A DNA stretch of 64,000 nucleotides, taken from assembly GCA_037130265.1 (NCBI GenBank), contig JBAXTI010000001.1:394377-458376 (forward strand). Reading direction: 5' to 3'. Positions 9,235-18,709 of this stretch are shown here, piece after piece. The notes beneath the pieces are model-generated. The model saw nothing but the letters and a program-made list of their open reading frames with translations. It had not been told where the DNA came from and searched no databases. Made by a program: the position numbers and the translations under genes. Source of the stretch: a bacterium. Lineage in GTDB: Bacteria; Patescibacteriota; Minisyncoccia; Phycocordibacterales; JBBTRF01. Each line of letters starts with the position of its first letter. The first letter of the stretch is position 1.

Positions 9235-9761
9235 TTATGGCCATCTTCAGGCACAAAACCGATTTTCTTTTTCGGACCAACTGGTGGATTCATAAGCTGC
9301 TTCACCACCGAATATACAGCCGAAAGTTGGTCACCATGTTCTTTCTGCTTCCTCTCGATTTCAGAAATCTTGAGCGCCAAATCGGCATGCGTCGCCAACA
9401 TTTCCCGCATTTTAATGAAGGCGCGAACAATGAAGATGTTCATTTGGGCCGCTCTTTGACTTCTTAGTACAGATGAGAGCATTACAATCCCATGCTCAGT
9501 AAAGACATGTGGATATTTTCGGTAGCCACCATGTCCCGAACTTGATATCACAATTTGTGATATCAAGTTTTGAGACTCAAGCAAAGTCAGTTGAAAAGCA
9601 AAATCCTCAGGAAAACGAGAAATGTTTCTTTTGACTGATTGCACTAGTACTCGGGTTTCTACTCCATACAACCTTGCCAAATCGAAATCCACCATCACTC
9701 GCTGGCCGCGAATGATGTAGATCTTGTGCTCGACAGCATTTTGAATTTCGTCTTTTTCCAC
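9228..9761 (-). CDS. ORF6N (KilA-N-like) DNA-binding domain protein
   Basis: IYIIRGQRVMVDFDLARLYGVETRVLVQSVKRNISRFPEDFAFQLT, FTEHGIVMLSSVLRS, C-terminal KKIGF. Confidence 0.93.
   Translation of the reverse strand: MEKDEIQNAVEHKIYIIRGQRVMVDFDLARLYGVETRVLVQSVKRNISRFPEDFAFQLTLLESQNLISQIVISSSGHGGYRKYPHVFTEHGIVMLSSVLRSQRAAQMNIFIVRAFIKMREMLATHADLALKISEIERKQKEHGDQLSAVYSVVKQLMNPPVGPKKKIGFVPEDGHKI
9539..9569. repeat. 31-bp intragenic palindrome related to 9204-9234
   Basis: AACTTGATATCACA-ATT-TGTGATATCAAGTT, encodes LISQIVISS. Confidence 0.9.
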
Positions 9762-9847
9762 CCCTTAATTCTAACGGTCCGAAAAATGGATTGCAATGCG
9801 AAAAAGATAAAGAAAGAATAAAGAAAAATTTATCCCTAACCTTCCGT

Positions 9848-10183
9848 TCAGAAAAGTTTCCCGCCAAGCACTGCCCCCTCTTTGTCTGGAGTAATCAAGA
9901 CGACTCGCCCTTCTGCATCTGGCACGCCAAGCGTGAGAACTTCTGATTCAAATGGCCCGATCTTCCGCGGCGGAAAATTCACGACTCCGAGCACAAGCTT
10001 CCCCACGAGCTCTTCTCTTTTGTAGAGGGCAACAATCTGTACAGATGAATTTTTCACGCCAATCTCCGGACCAAAGTCGATCCTGAGCTTGTATGCCGGC
10101 TTCCTCGCCTCGGGAAAGTCGTTCGCTTCCACGATCTTCCCTACTCTGATATCCAATTTCTGAAAATCTTCGATGGTGGCCAT
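9848..10183 (-). CDS. csaA: tRNA-binding / CsaA-like protein
   Basis: DFQKLDIRVGKI..FPEARKPAYKLRIDFG..VVNFPPRKIGPFESEVLTLG. Confidence 0.9.
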   Translation of the reverse strand: MATIEDFQKLDIRVGKIVEANDFPEARKPAYKLRIDFGPEIGVKNSSVQIVALYKREELVGKLVLGVVNFPPRKIGPFESEVLTLGVPDAEGRVVLITPDKEGAVLGGKLF

Positions 10184-10218
10184 ATAGAGATATAGTGTAG
10201 CACTTTCAAGAACGGAGT

Positions 10219-10251
10219 AAACAAAAAACGCCTTTCGGCGTTTTTTGTTTC
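10219..10251. terminator. Intrinsic terminator downstream of rplU
   Basis: AAACAAAAAACGCC-TTTC-GGCGTTTTTTGTTT. Confidence 0.8.
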
Positions 10252-10276
10252 TTTTATTTTTCGTGTCTCTCTTTCT

Positions 10277-10594
10277 TTACTTCAACGTCTCGATCTTCAC
10301 AGTCACAAACGGCTGTCGGTGACCATTCTTCTTGAAATATCGGCTCTTCTGCTTGTAGTGGATGACGTCGATCTTCTTTGCTCGGCCTTCTGAGGCGAGA
10401 GTTCCGGTAACCTTTGCATCAGCAATGAAAGGAGCACCTACGATAGTCTCTTTGCCATTGTCAGTAAGCAACACCTTGTCGAAAGTGACCTTGTCGCCCA
10501 CCTTTACGGCGTCGAGCTTCTCAATAGAAATAACGTCCCCGACAGAGACCTTGTACTGCTTACCGCCTGTTTGGATTACTGCAAATTCGTTCAT
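10277..10594 (-). CDS. rplU: 50S ribosomal protein L21
   Basis: FAVIQTGGKQYKVSVGD...GHRQPF. Confidence 0.98.
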   Translation of the reverse strand: MNEFAVIQTGGKQYKVSVGDVISIEKLDAVKVGDKVTFDKVLLTDNGKETIVGAPFIADAKVTGTLASEGRAKKIDVIHYKQKSRYFKKNGHRQPFVTVKIETLK

Positions 10595-10805
10595 AGTCAC
10601 ACTATTCTACATAAAAGATAAAAAGATGCAAGCACCTAGCCATTCCCGGAAGGAATCGTGAACCTGTCAGAACGGCCAAAAGAATACAAAGACACAATAT
10701 TTGACTTCTGTACTTAAATATGCTATAAATCCGACCAGTCTCAGAAACTCCACTCAAAAAGTAAATCGCAGCAAACTGGAGCCAAATTGGCTCTTTGACA
10801 ACAAT

Positions 10806-11801
10806 ATGAAAAACAAACTGTCGGTGCTGGCGCTTTGCGCTAGCCTCCTCGTCGCAACACTCACCCTCTCGGCCACGGCCCAGACAGTGATCCAGGTCGT
10901 CCCTGCATCTGGACCCGCACTCGCCTCGCCCAACTCCTATGCCTGGCGCACCAATGCGGCGCGCTATCTGGAGACCGGCTTGCTCCCAGCGGGCAACCGC
11001 ACCAACGACCCGAGTATTTACAGCCCAAACACCAACGGCATGTTGGTGCCGGGAGAGAACGTGCAGTCCAGCACCACGCCATTGTGGCTGGATGTGATGA
11101 ACCCCACCGCCCCGAATCTTGCGGGCGAACGTGGCAACATCACCTACTTCGGCGTGAAGATCCGGAGCCAGCAGGCGTTTCGCCTCGCCGACCTCCGCTT
11201 CGTCTCGCGCAGCACGGACACGTTCCAAGGCATCGCGCAGAACAGCCTCGGGTTTACCCAGGCCTTCACGACGAATGCCTATAGTCTCAATACGATCGGA
11301 ATCTATTGGGGCGCTGACGGCATCAAGGGGACGGCAGATGACGTCCGCGTGATTGACGCCCCTGCGACGCAGCTCGTGAATGAGCTGTATTTCGTCGGTG
11401 CTGCCTCGTATTACGTGGCAAACACGCAAGCGGCGCTGGACAATGTGAAGGCTTACATCACGCAGCAGTCAACACCATTCAGCCTCATCGTCCGTTACGA
11501 GCTCCTCGACTCGCAAAATGCGGCGAACGTGCTCGCGACGGGGGTGAAGATGCTCTCGGTGTCGCCGACCACACCCGCCGCCCCCACGCTCGACAAGAGC
11601 ATCCAGGGCGGCGTGGCCACCGGCAGCTTCATTGCCGAAGCCAATCGAAACTACCTGCTTCAGAGAGCAGCGGCAGTCACTGGCCCCTGGAACAACTACA
11701 CTTCGTTGGCCCGGACCAACGCCGGCACGCTCTCAATGGTCTTACCGCCATCACAAGCTCCGCAGAAAATAGTCTTCTACCGGCTCGCAGTTGAGCCATA
11801 G
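10806..11801 (+). CDS. Secreted hypothetical protein, GC-rich solo cassette
   Basis: Signal peptide MKNKLSVLALCASLLVATLTLSATA; GADGIKGTADD motif; C-terminal YLLQRAAAVTGPW...FYRL; own promoter (TTGACT-17-TATAAA, 10701-29) and terminator (11841-72). Confidence 0.8.
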   Translation: MKNKLSVLALCASLLVATLTLSATAQTVIQVVPASGPALASPNSYAWRTNAARYLETGLLPAGNRTNDPSIYSPNTNGMLVPGENVQSSTTPLWLDVMNPTAPNLAGERGNITYFGVKIRSQQAFRLADLRFVSRSTDTFQGIAQNSLGFTQAFTTNAYSLNTIGIYWGADGIKGTADDVRVIDAPATQLVNELYFVGAASYYVANTQAALDNVKAYITQQSTPFSLIVRYELLDSQNAANVLATGVKMLSVSPTTPAAPTLDKSIQGGVATGSFIAEANRNYLLQRAAAVTGPWNNYTSLARTNAGTLSMVLPPSQAPQKIVFYRLAVEP

Positions 11802-11881
11802 AAAGCAGAAGGCTCAACCTTCCGTACACCGCCACTCACGGGCCCCGACTCACCATCGGGGCCTTTTTCTTTGGTAGAGTA

Positions 11882-11910
11882 TTGACATTTATACCTAAGT
11901 ATATTATAAT
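11882..11910 (+). promoter_or_regulatory. Perfect consensus sigma70 promoter
   Basis: TTGACA-17 bp-TATAAT. Confidence 0.85.
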
Positions 11911-11926
11911 ACACACCACTCAACCA

Positions 11927-13042
11927 ATGAACTCATTTATGCTAAAAATGCTCACCCCGGCCATAGCGACTGTTTTGGTCATGTCCACTCTCATCACTCC
12001 CGTCTTCGCAGACGTGACGGTGCCTGGTAGCGGCTCATCAGACGGTGGTAGTGCCACTGTACCGAGCGCAAGTTCTTCCGACGGCGGTGCCAGCGCAGCG
12101 ACAGTACCAAATAGTGGCAACGCAAACGGTGGCAGCGCAAGTGTGCCTGGATCTAGCTCAAGCAATGGCGGATCAAGTAGTGCATCAGTACCGACCAGCG
12201 ATTCAAGCAATGGCGGGTCCAGCGCAGCAACCGTCCCATCAAGCGAATCATCAAATGGCGGTGCAAACAGCGCGACTGTACCAGCATCTGGCAGTACAAA
12301 CGGCGGCAGCGGCGGCGCAGTCACACCAGTAGCGGGCACCACCAACGGCGGTAGCGGCGCGGGCGGTGGCTTGACCTTCATTCCAGAAGCGCCTGTTCGA
12401 AACAGTGGCGGTGGTGGTGGGGGTGGTGGAAACGGTCCTGTGAGCGGCACAAACTTCAGTGCTGCTACGAGCGCAACAAGCACCAACTCAATCCGACCTT
12501 GCGCCCCACTCCTCACTGTATATTTTTCTCCCCTCATTTCCAATACTGCAGCCGACATTCTCAAGCTTCAGGCTTTTTTGAAAGACACTGCAAAATTTAA
12601 CGTGGTTCCAACCGGCATCTACGACACACAGACCATCTCAGCAGTCGCTGCCTTCCAGGTGAAATACGCCAACGAAGTCCTCACCCCTTGGGGCGTGACC
12701 AACCCATCAGGAAATGTGTACATCAGCACTCGCAAAAAGATCAATTCGATCGCTTGCAACAATGCGCCAATCACCTACACAGCAGACGAACTCGCAACAT
12801 TCCAGGGATTTAAGGTTCAACGCACCAATCCAACTCTAAACACTCCAGTGACCTCAGCAACACCTTCTGTACCGACTACCGGCGTCTCCCCAGTGTCTGC
12901 TACCACCTCTACACCAGCAACTACAAATGAACCTATCTTTGGCACGAACACCGCAACCAACAACACCGCCTCAGTACTGAACGCAATCTCAGACCGCGTG
13001 AACGGCTTCTTCTCAAGAATCTATCACTTCTTCGTAAAATAA
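11927..13042 (+). CDS. Secreted Ser/Gly-rich repeat protein with peptidoglycan-binding-like domain
   Basis: Signal peptide ending PVFA; 8 repeats of A[TS]VPxSxSSNGG; ILKLQAFL...TGIYDTQTISAVAAFQ..Y. Confidence 0.8.
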   Translation: MNSFMLKMLTPAIATVLVMSTLITPVFADVTVPGSGSSDGGSATVPSASSSDGGASAATVPNSGNANGGSASVPGSSSSNGGSSSASVPTSDSSNGGSSAATVPSSESSNGGANSATVPASGSTNGGSGGAVTPVAGTTNGGSGAGGGLTFIPEAPVRNSGGGGGGGGNGPVSGTNFSAATSATSTNSIRPCAPLLTVYFSPLISNTAADILKLQAFLKDTAKFNVVPTGIYDTQTISAVAAFQVKYANEVLTPWGVTNPSGNVYISTRKKINSIACNNAPITYTADELATFQGFKVQRTNPTLNTPVTSATPSVPTTGVSPVSATTSTPATTNEPIFGTNTATNNTASVLNAISDRVNGFFSRIYHFFVK

Positions 13043-13271
13043 AGACCTCGCGCGCGGTCTGTGGGTTACAGATGATCGCGAACGAGGCTTGAGCGGATTC
13101 CTACATTTAGTTGGCTGACTAGGTGGGTTATGCCTAACGCACCTCGATCAGATAGGCTTTCTTCAACGGTGGGATTTTTGAGGCGGGACACGGCAGCCTC
13201 GGATCTGATTTCTACCTCCTGCTAATCCTTTTGGAATCCTACTAACTACTGAAGAATTAGTTCGATTGATA

Positions 13272-14387
13272 CTATACCTCATCACCATCTGGTTTGTCGA
13301 GCACCAACGCTTCGATACCTACAGACGCGCCGGTAATACGCATCACATCTTTGTCGATCTTTTTGAATTCCTTGCCCGCGTTATTGAAATGATTCACGAC
13401 GGTCGTGAGCGAATTGCCGAGCTTGCCGTGGTACTCCTCATACGTCTTCAAATGCTTGCCGAGCTCAGACACGCGCTTCACGATATCTTTCGCCTGCTCC
13501 TCGATCTGCATCGCTTTTAGGCCTTGCAGTACGGTCTGCAAATACGCCAGGAAAGACGTCGGTGAGACAATAATCACTTTGTACTTCCCTGCTGCACGCT
13601 GAATAAGATTTTCGTCGCCATCGGTACCGCCATTACCACTACCAATCGTGTTGATAAGGAGGTCATAATAGATCGCCTCATGCGGAATAAACATAAAGGC
13701 AAAATCCATCGTCCCCTCATTTGGCCGGATGTATTTCGACGTTTCCTGAATACGCAATTTCAAATCGTTCTCGAATACTTTCTTCAGTCGGTCCTTTTCG
13801 GCAGCATCGCGCGTCTCCACCATGCGGTTGTAGTTTTCGAGGGAAAACTTTGAGTCAATTGGGATCACCTTGTCTTTCACAAACACCGCAGCGTCCACGA
13901 TTTCGCCGTTTGCAAAGGCGTACTGCATCTGATACTGGCCGGGAGGCAAAACGTTTTTAAGCAAGGTCTCCAAATAATATTCGCCAAGGATACCGCGCTG
14001 TTTTGGATTTTTCAAAATATCCTGCAAACCCTGGAGCTGGTCCGCAAATCCGACCACCTGCCGGTTCGTCTCATCGAGCTTGGTGAGACCTTGCGTGACT
14101 TCCTTGATCAATTTGGCAGACTCACCAAATTGATTGCGGATTGAATCGTTCATATGCCGTGCGTTTTCATTCATCTTCGAATCCACCGTGCGATTGAGCT
14201 CGGTGACCTTTGTGTCCACCACTCGCGAGAGTTCGTTCATTTGTTGGAGAATGAGCTTTAGGCCTGTATCTTCCTTTGGCTCGACAACTTCTTCCTTCCC
14301 CTTGAGCATCTTCCACAACAAGAACGCGTTCCCAGCGAGAGCGATGACACCCATTACGGCGAGTGTATAGATCAGTGTTTGCGACAT
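13272..14387 (-). CDS. rmuC: DNA recombination protein RmuC
   Basis: N-terminal TM, coiled coil, NPKQRGILGEYYLE, IPIDSKF, DFAFMFIPHE, VSPTSFLAYL. Confidence 0.93.
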   Translation of the reverse strand: MSQTLIYTLAVMGVIALAGNAFLLWKMLKGKEEVVEPKEDTGLKLILQQMNELSRVVDTKVTELNRTVDSKMNENARHMNDSIRNQFGESAKLIKEVTQGLTKLDETNRQVVGFADQLQGLQDILKNPKQRGILGEYYLETLLKNVLPPGQYQMQYAFANGEIVDAAVFVKDKVIPIDSKFSLENYNRMVETRDAAEKDRLKKVFENDLKLRIQETSKYIRPNEGTMDFAFMFIPHEAIYYDLLINTIGSGNGGTDGDENLIQRAAGKYKVIIVSPTSFLAYLQTVLQGLKAMQIEEQAKDIVKRVSELGKHLKTYEEYHGKLGNSLTTVVNHFNNAGKEFKKIDKDVMRITGASVGIEALVLDKPDGDEV

Positions 14388-14466
14388 ACGAATAGTATAT
14401 CAAATATTGGCCCAAAATCGGAAGGATATTCCCCATTTTCGCGAAGGACGGTATACTGAAGCCACT

Positions 14467-14919
14467 ATGTTAATACACGAAACCATTCAGACGAAGATAA
14501 AGGAGGCGATGATCAAGAAAGACACGGTGCGACTCTCAGTGCTTCGCGGACTGCTTGCTTCATTCATGAACGAGCTCGTGGCGAAGAAAATTACCACTCC
14601 ACATCTCTCGGACGATGATGTCATAGCACTCATCAAGCGGGCAGTGAAGCAGCGCAAGGATTCCATCGAGCAATTCGGCAAGGGTGGCCGCCAGGACCTC
14701 GTAGATGCAGAGAAAGCCGAACTCGTTATACTCGAAGCCTTTCTCCCCCAGATGATGTCCTACGAAGAAGTGTTAAAGATCGCCAAGGTCCGCCAGGCGG
14801 AACTCGGCATGAAAGACAAGACCGCAGTCGGCAAATTTACCGGAATGCTCATGAAAGAATTCAAAGGCAAAGCCGACGGTATGGTAGTGAAGGACGCTGT
14901 GGAGAGCTTGTTTAAGTAG
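14467..14919 (+). CDS. GatB/YqeY domain protein
   Basis: KEAMIKKD..RLSVLRG, KQRKDSIEQFGKGGRQDLVDAEKAEL..LEAFLP, GKADG. Confidence 0.93.
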   Translation: MLIHETIQTKIKEAMIKKDTVRLSVLRGLLASFMNELVAKKITTPHLSDDDVIALIKRAVKQRKDSIEQFGKGGRQDLVDAEKAELVILEAFLPQMMSYEEVLKIAKVRQAELGMKDKTAVGKFTGMLMKEFKGKADGMVVKDAVESLFK

Positions 14920-14944
14920 TCCCTAGAATTAAGAAAACGCTCCA

Positions 14945-15286
14945 ATGTCATTCGAACAAATTCCCCTCTTCGAAGAAAGTAGAGAATCCGGAAAGACGGT
15001 GTTGATCGAGACGGCAGCAGAAAAAAAGGCGCGACTAGCCGCTGAGGCAAAGGCTGCCTTTGCTCGTATCCAAGAAGTGGTAAAGAATAGCCCATCATGG
15101 GAAGAATTGAAAAGGAGCGGACATGTGGATGACGGCCGCCTTCGTCACACACGAAAGTTACGTAGCGGAAGCGAGAGTGTCGGGGAGACCAAAGAAGGAT
15201 GGATGAAGGGACACGAAGCTCGACAGGACGAACGCGCCGAGCAGTTTAGCCCCGAAGCCGATCGCCCAGAATTGACAGAGAGATAA
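14945..15286 (+). CDS. Hypothetical protein
   Basis: 113-aa charged ORF that fills the gap; no recognised motif. Confidence 0.5.
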   Translation: MSFEQIPLFEESRESGKTVLIETAAEKKARLAAEAKAAFARIQEVVKNSPSWEELKRSGHVDDGRLRHTRKLRSGSESVGETKEGWMKGHEARQDERAEQFSPEADRPELTER

Positions 15287-15330
15287 GTCACTGAACCCTA
15301 ACGCGGACAAAGAATGCTCTCGGTAGGTTC

Positions 15331-17652
15331 CTACTGTATTTCCTGCCAACTATTGATCTGATATCCACCCGACGGTCCGGAAGTGAAGAGGACGTCCGCC
15401 AGACCGGATTCGTAGGTTACCGATGCGCTATTCTTGAGTCGAAGCTTCCAACCTGTTGCCTCCTTTAAACTGGTGCTGTTTTGAATTTCAATCAAACCAT
15501 AGGGAGCATACACCAACAATTTTCCATTGATCGAATTTGAGACCTCGATCGCGGTAGTTCCACCACCCGTCGAAGCGCTCGTGTTGCGGGAAACGAGCAT
15601 CACGTATGAACTATTACCTGAACCAAGAAATGTCGAGGAGTTGGAAAGGGTCACAGTGCTGCCCGTACTTCGATTTGTCGGACTGTCGGCAATGATCGCT
15701 GCGGTGCGTCCAGAGATCGAAGGGCTGATATTGACCGTAGCACTATTCGATATACTCACGTTACCTTTGACCCACACCATACCAGTCAAATAGAGCACTC
15801 CGCTGTTACTTAATTCAAGGTCACAATTGATTTTAATCGGACCAAGCGTAACCGTAGACGTGATCTTGTACGGGCAGGGTGTCGTGATGACCCCTCCCGC
15901 GGCAGCGTCTGCCTCCCACTGATCGAGCGTCGAATCAGAAATGGGCATACTCGAAGTCGCCTGATTGGCGCTCCCTGGATAGGACACTCCACCGACACTC
16001 GAACCTGTAATGGTCTGATAGTATGCATCTTTCGTGACAACAGAATTGGTGATCGTTTTCGCATACATCGAACCGGCAGAACCAGCAGAATTAATCTGGG
16101 TGACACTGCCAGTCGGGCCCGCAGATACCACGGTGCCAGTGATCGTGTTGCCACCAGAGCCGCCAGCACCATACGATTGAAAAGCACTTGAGGCGTTGTT
16201 AGCAGCACTCAGGAGGAAAACTCCGCCGTTCTTCACCTTCACCGTATTTGGGCCGCCATTGGTACCAGAAATATTCGTTGTGGAGACCTTGGTCGGTGCT
16301 GCCGGTGTCGCGAGACTCCACACATCAAGAGATTTTTGGCTCGTATTATGGGTGTTGTACACGCCGATATAGAGATAGCCTGAGGCGCCGTCAACAGATT
16401 GCGGCTCATTGACGCTGTTGGCTGCTGTCGAATATACAACCGTCGGGACGGCTGGATTAGCTAGATTTACTACGTAGATGCCACCCAAAATATATGACAT
16501 GACGTACATGTACTGCCCCGCGATGTACGGCGGATACGTGTGGCTGTACATCGTATTTGCCGGCATGACGCCGACATAGGTCGGAGCGGCCGGGTTGCCG
16601 AGGGTATACGCATAGATGCTGCCATAGTTGCCATTTAAGTCGTGGCCAATGTACAGGTAGTTGCCGCTGATCGCAACCCAAACTGGATTGGCCACAGTAT
16701 TGATGGTGCCAACGACAGCGGCTTGCGTTGGATTGGAAACGTTTACAACCTTCGTTGTTGTGGTATTGAACAATGGAATGTACATATACCCATTGGCGAT
16801 GCGAGCATTCTTCGCCGCGCCACCAATTGGCAGCTGCATTACGAGGGATGGACTGGTTGGGGATGTGATGTTGTAAATATCGAGATTGTTAGAGTTCAGT
16901 GAGGTGATGTACAAATAATTACCTGATGTGATAAGTGTGTTGTGATACGGATTCGAAGTATAATTTGTCGTAACAGACCCTATCACCGTCGGCGTCGCCA
17001 CATTATTGAGATCCACGATCTGAAAGCTATTCGAGCTCAACACGTACGCGTACCGGCCGTCCGCAGAAAGATCAAAGCCGACAGCGCCACCCAGGGCGGC
17101 ACTTGAGACTGTCGCGGAACCAGAAAGACCCGGATTGGAAGCATTGCCAGTGTTCACTGAAGCACTGCCGGTGACCGGACCATTTGAATAGACGTTCCCA
17201 AGGATGGATGAGGTGTTTTGCATCTCAATTCCCCCTTCCCCAGCCTGTACACCGTAGTTGAAAGCGGTTCCGCTACCAGTGATGACGTACGAATTCACTT
17301 TCTTAATATAACTGTCGCGGTCGCCAGTGCTAGTGACCTGCTTGCCACCCGAAACATCCACGATGGTGGTTGAGGCCGTGTACCCGTTGAGCGTGAGGTT
17401 TTCGGTTGGACTCACTGTCATGCCGTTTTGTAGACGATACAACACATCCTCGTGGAGCGCCTCGGCGACAGCATAGCTTTCGCGTGACTTTATGACATTT
17501 TGGCTTCCCTGAAGATCCCGAAGCGTGGTCTGCGAAACACCAGTAAGGATAGCTAGGCCAATGCCGAGGAAAAAGATGACCGAAGCGATCATCACTTGCC
17601 CAGACTGCATTTGCACTCGATGGTTTCGTACTTTTTTAGATGTGAATTTCAT
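15331..17652 (-). CDS. PilX-like minor pilin/adhesin with LVIVD-type beta-propeller repeats
   Basis: G|QVMIASVIFF pilin-like N-terminus; repeats of GNYLYI..., IVDLNNVATPTVIG, IYNITSPTSP; C-terminal GGYQINSWQEIQ. Confidence 0.75.
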   Translation of the reverse strand: MKFTSKKVRNHRVQMQSGQVMIASVIFFLGIGLAILTGVSQTTLRDLQGSQNVIKSRESYAVAEALHEDVLYRLQNGMTVSPTENLTLNGYTASTTIVDVSGGKQVTSTGDRDSYIKKVNSYVITGSGTAFNYGVQAGEGGIEMQNTSSILGNVYSNGPVTGSASVNTGNASNPGLSGSATVSSAALGGAVGFDLSADGRYAYVLSSNSFQIVDLNNVATPTVIGSVTTNYTSNPYHNTLITSGNYLYITSLNSNNLDIYNITSPTSPSLVMQLPIGGAAKNARIANGYMYIPLFNTTTTKVVNVSNPTQAAVVGTINTVANPVWVAISGNYLYIGHDLNGNYGSIYAYTLGNPAAPTYVGVMPANTMYSHTYPPYIAGQYMYVMSYILGGIYVVNLANPAVPTVVYSTAANSVNEPQSVDGASGYLYIGVYNTHNTSQKSLDVWSLATPAAPTKVSTTNISGTNGGPNTVKVKNGGVFLLSAANNASSAFQSYGAGGSGGNTITGTVVSAGPTGSVTQINSAGSAGSMYAKTITNSVVTKDAYYQTITGSSVGGVSYPGSANQATSSMPISDSTLDQWEADAAAGGVITTPCPYKITSTVTLGPIKINCDLELSNSGVLYLTGMVWVKGNVSISNSATVNISPSISGRTAAIIADSPTNRSTGSTVTLSNSSTFLGSGNSSYVMLVSRNTSASTGGGTTAIEVSNSINGKLLVYAPYGLIEIQNSTSLKEATGWKLRLKNSASVTYESGLADVLFTSGPSGGYQINSWQEIQ

Positions 17653-17675
17653 AAGAGAGCAGATTGCTATAATCA

Positions 17676-18203
17676 TCACATATTCCGCGTGACGGCGGTA
17701 GTGTAAAACGTTTCGGTCCGAGTCTTCACGCCAAAGCTACTTTGTACCGTGAGTGTAATGCGGATCGCATTGGAAATACTGTTCTGAAGCAACACGAGGG
17801 TGAAGTTGGTCACCGATGCCCCAGAAAGCGTCAATGGGCCTTCGTCTACCCCGCCACGACTCACGCGCAGAATTCCATTGTTGACAGAAAAAGCTACCGT
17901 GGTGGTCGCCCCGCTCGCACTCGTACTCACCAAGCTGAGTACGCCAGGATTCGACCCAAAAGTGCTCCCACCGATATTAATCGAGCTCGCCTGACGCACT
18001 TCGTATACGATACGCTGCAAAGCTCCGCTTGCCGAAGCTGAAACAGCCTTCGCGAGACGAATGTCAGCATAGCTTTTCGTGAGTGCGGAGATGCCATTAA
18101 CCAAAAAAACGGTGACACTCGAAAGGAGTGCTAGGTAGATGATCATTTCCACAAGCGAGAAGCCTTGTGTGGTCTGCCGAAATTGTGGAAGTTTAGTTGC
18201 CAT
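17676..18203 (-). CDS. Type IV prepilin-like protein (PilW-like)
   Basis: QG|FSLVEMIIYLALL N-methylation motif. Confidence 0.88.
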   Translation of the reverse strand: MATKLPQFRQTTQGFSLVEMIIYLALLSSVTVFLVNGISALTKSYADIRLAKAVSASASGALQRIVYEVRQASSINIGGSTFGSNPGVLSLVSTSASGATTTVAFSVNNGILRVSRGGVDEGPLTLSGASVTNFTLVLLQNSISNAIRITLTVQSSFGVKTRTETFYTTAVTRNM

Positions 18204-18708
18204 ACAAATTGGTGATGTAGCTAGAAATCTGCTTCGTGGTGGTCGAAAGTGCAGTGTTGTCGTCCGGCCACGCCACAGCCACGGTGAAACCACGCGTATT
18301 TGGGTCGAGTGTGCCAGAAGCGGCGATGCGATTGTTGCTATCGCGATACACCGAAGTAAGTACGACCGTGCGTGCATAGCGAGTATCGATCATTTGCGGA
18401 GTCGTTGTGAATTGCCACGCTGAACCAGTCCAATCCAAATACTGCGTTGTACTTGCCGTGACTGGCGCGATACGCGTAGACCAACTCGTGTCGCGGAGCA
18501 GGCGTACCACTTCCAAGCCCTCCTCCATCAAGAATGCTGCCTTCACCGCTTTCACATTGTTTAACTCTGCTCGCAAATAAGCGGTATAAACGTTAAAAAT
18601 GGAAACAGAGGTAATTGCAATTATTGCTACAGCGACGAGTACTTCCACGAGGCCAAAGCCAGTGTTTTGATTCCGAGTGGTTTTCATTTGTGCAGTTCCC
18701 TTCTTCAT
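18193..18708 (-). CDS. Type IV prepilin-like protein (PilV-like)
   Basis: G|FGLVEVLVAVAII; A.FLMEEGLEVVR. Confidence 0.88.
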   Translation of the reverse strand: MKKGTAQMKTTRNQNTGFGLVEVLVAVAIIAITSVSIFNVYTAYLRAELNNVKAVKAAFLMEEGLEVVRLLRDTSWSTRIAPVTASTTQYLDWTGSAWQFTTTPQMIDTRYARTVVLTSVYRDSNNRIAASGTLDPNTRGFTVAVAWPDDNTALSTTTKQISSYITNLYGN

Positions 18709-18709
18709 A

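Noticed and set aside
13045-13265. Possible 6S-like RNA (GGATTCC/GGAATCC, CAGAT/ATCTG, AGGCT/AGCCT pairings)
   Set aside because: The pairing is patchy, there is no clear promoter/terminator pair, and the minus strand also reads as a decayed ORF. It cannot be called without a covariance search.
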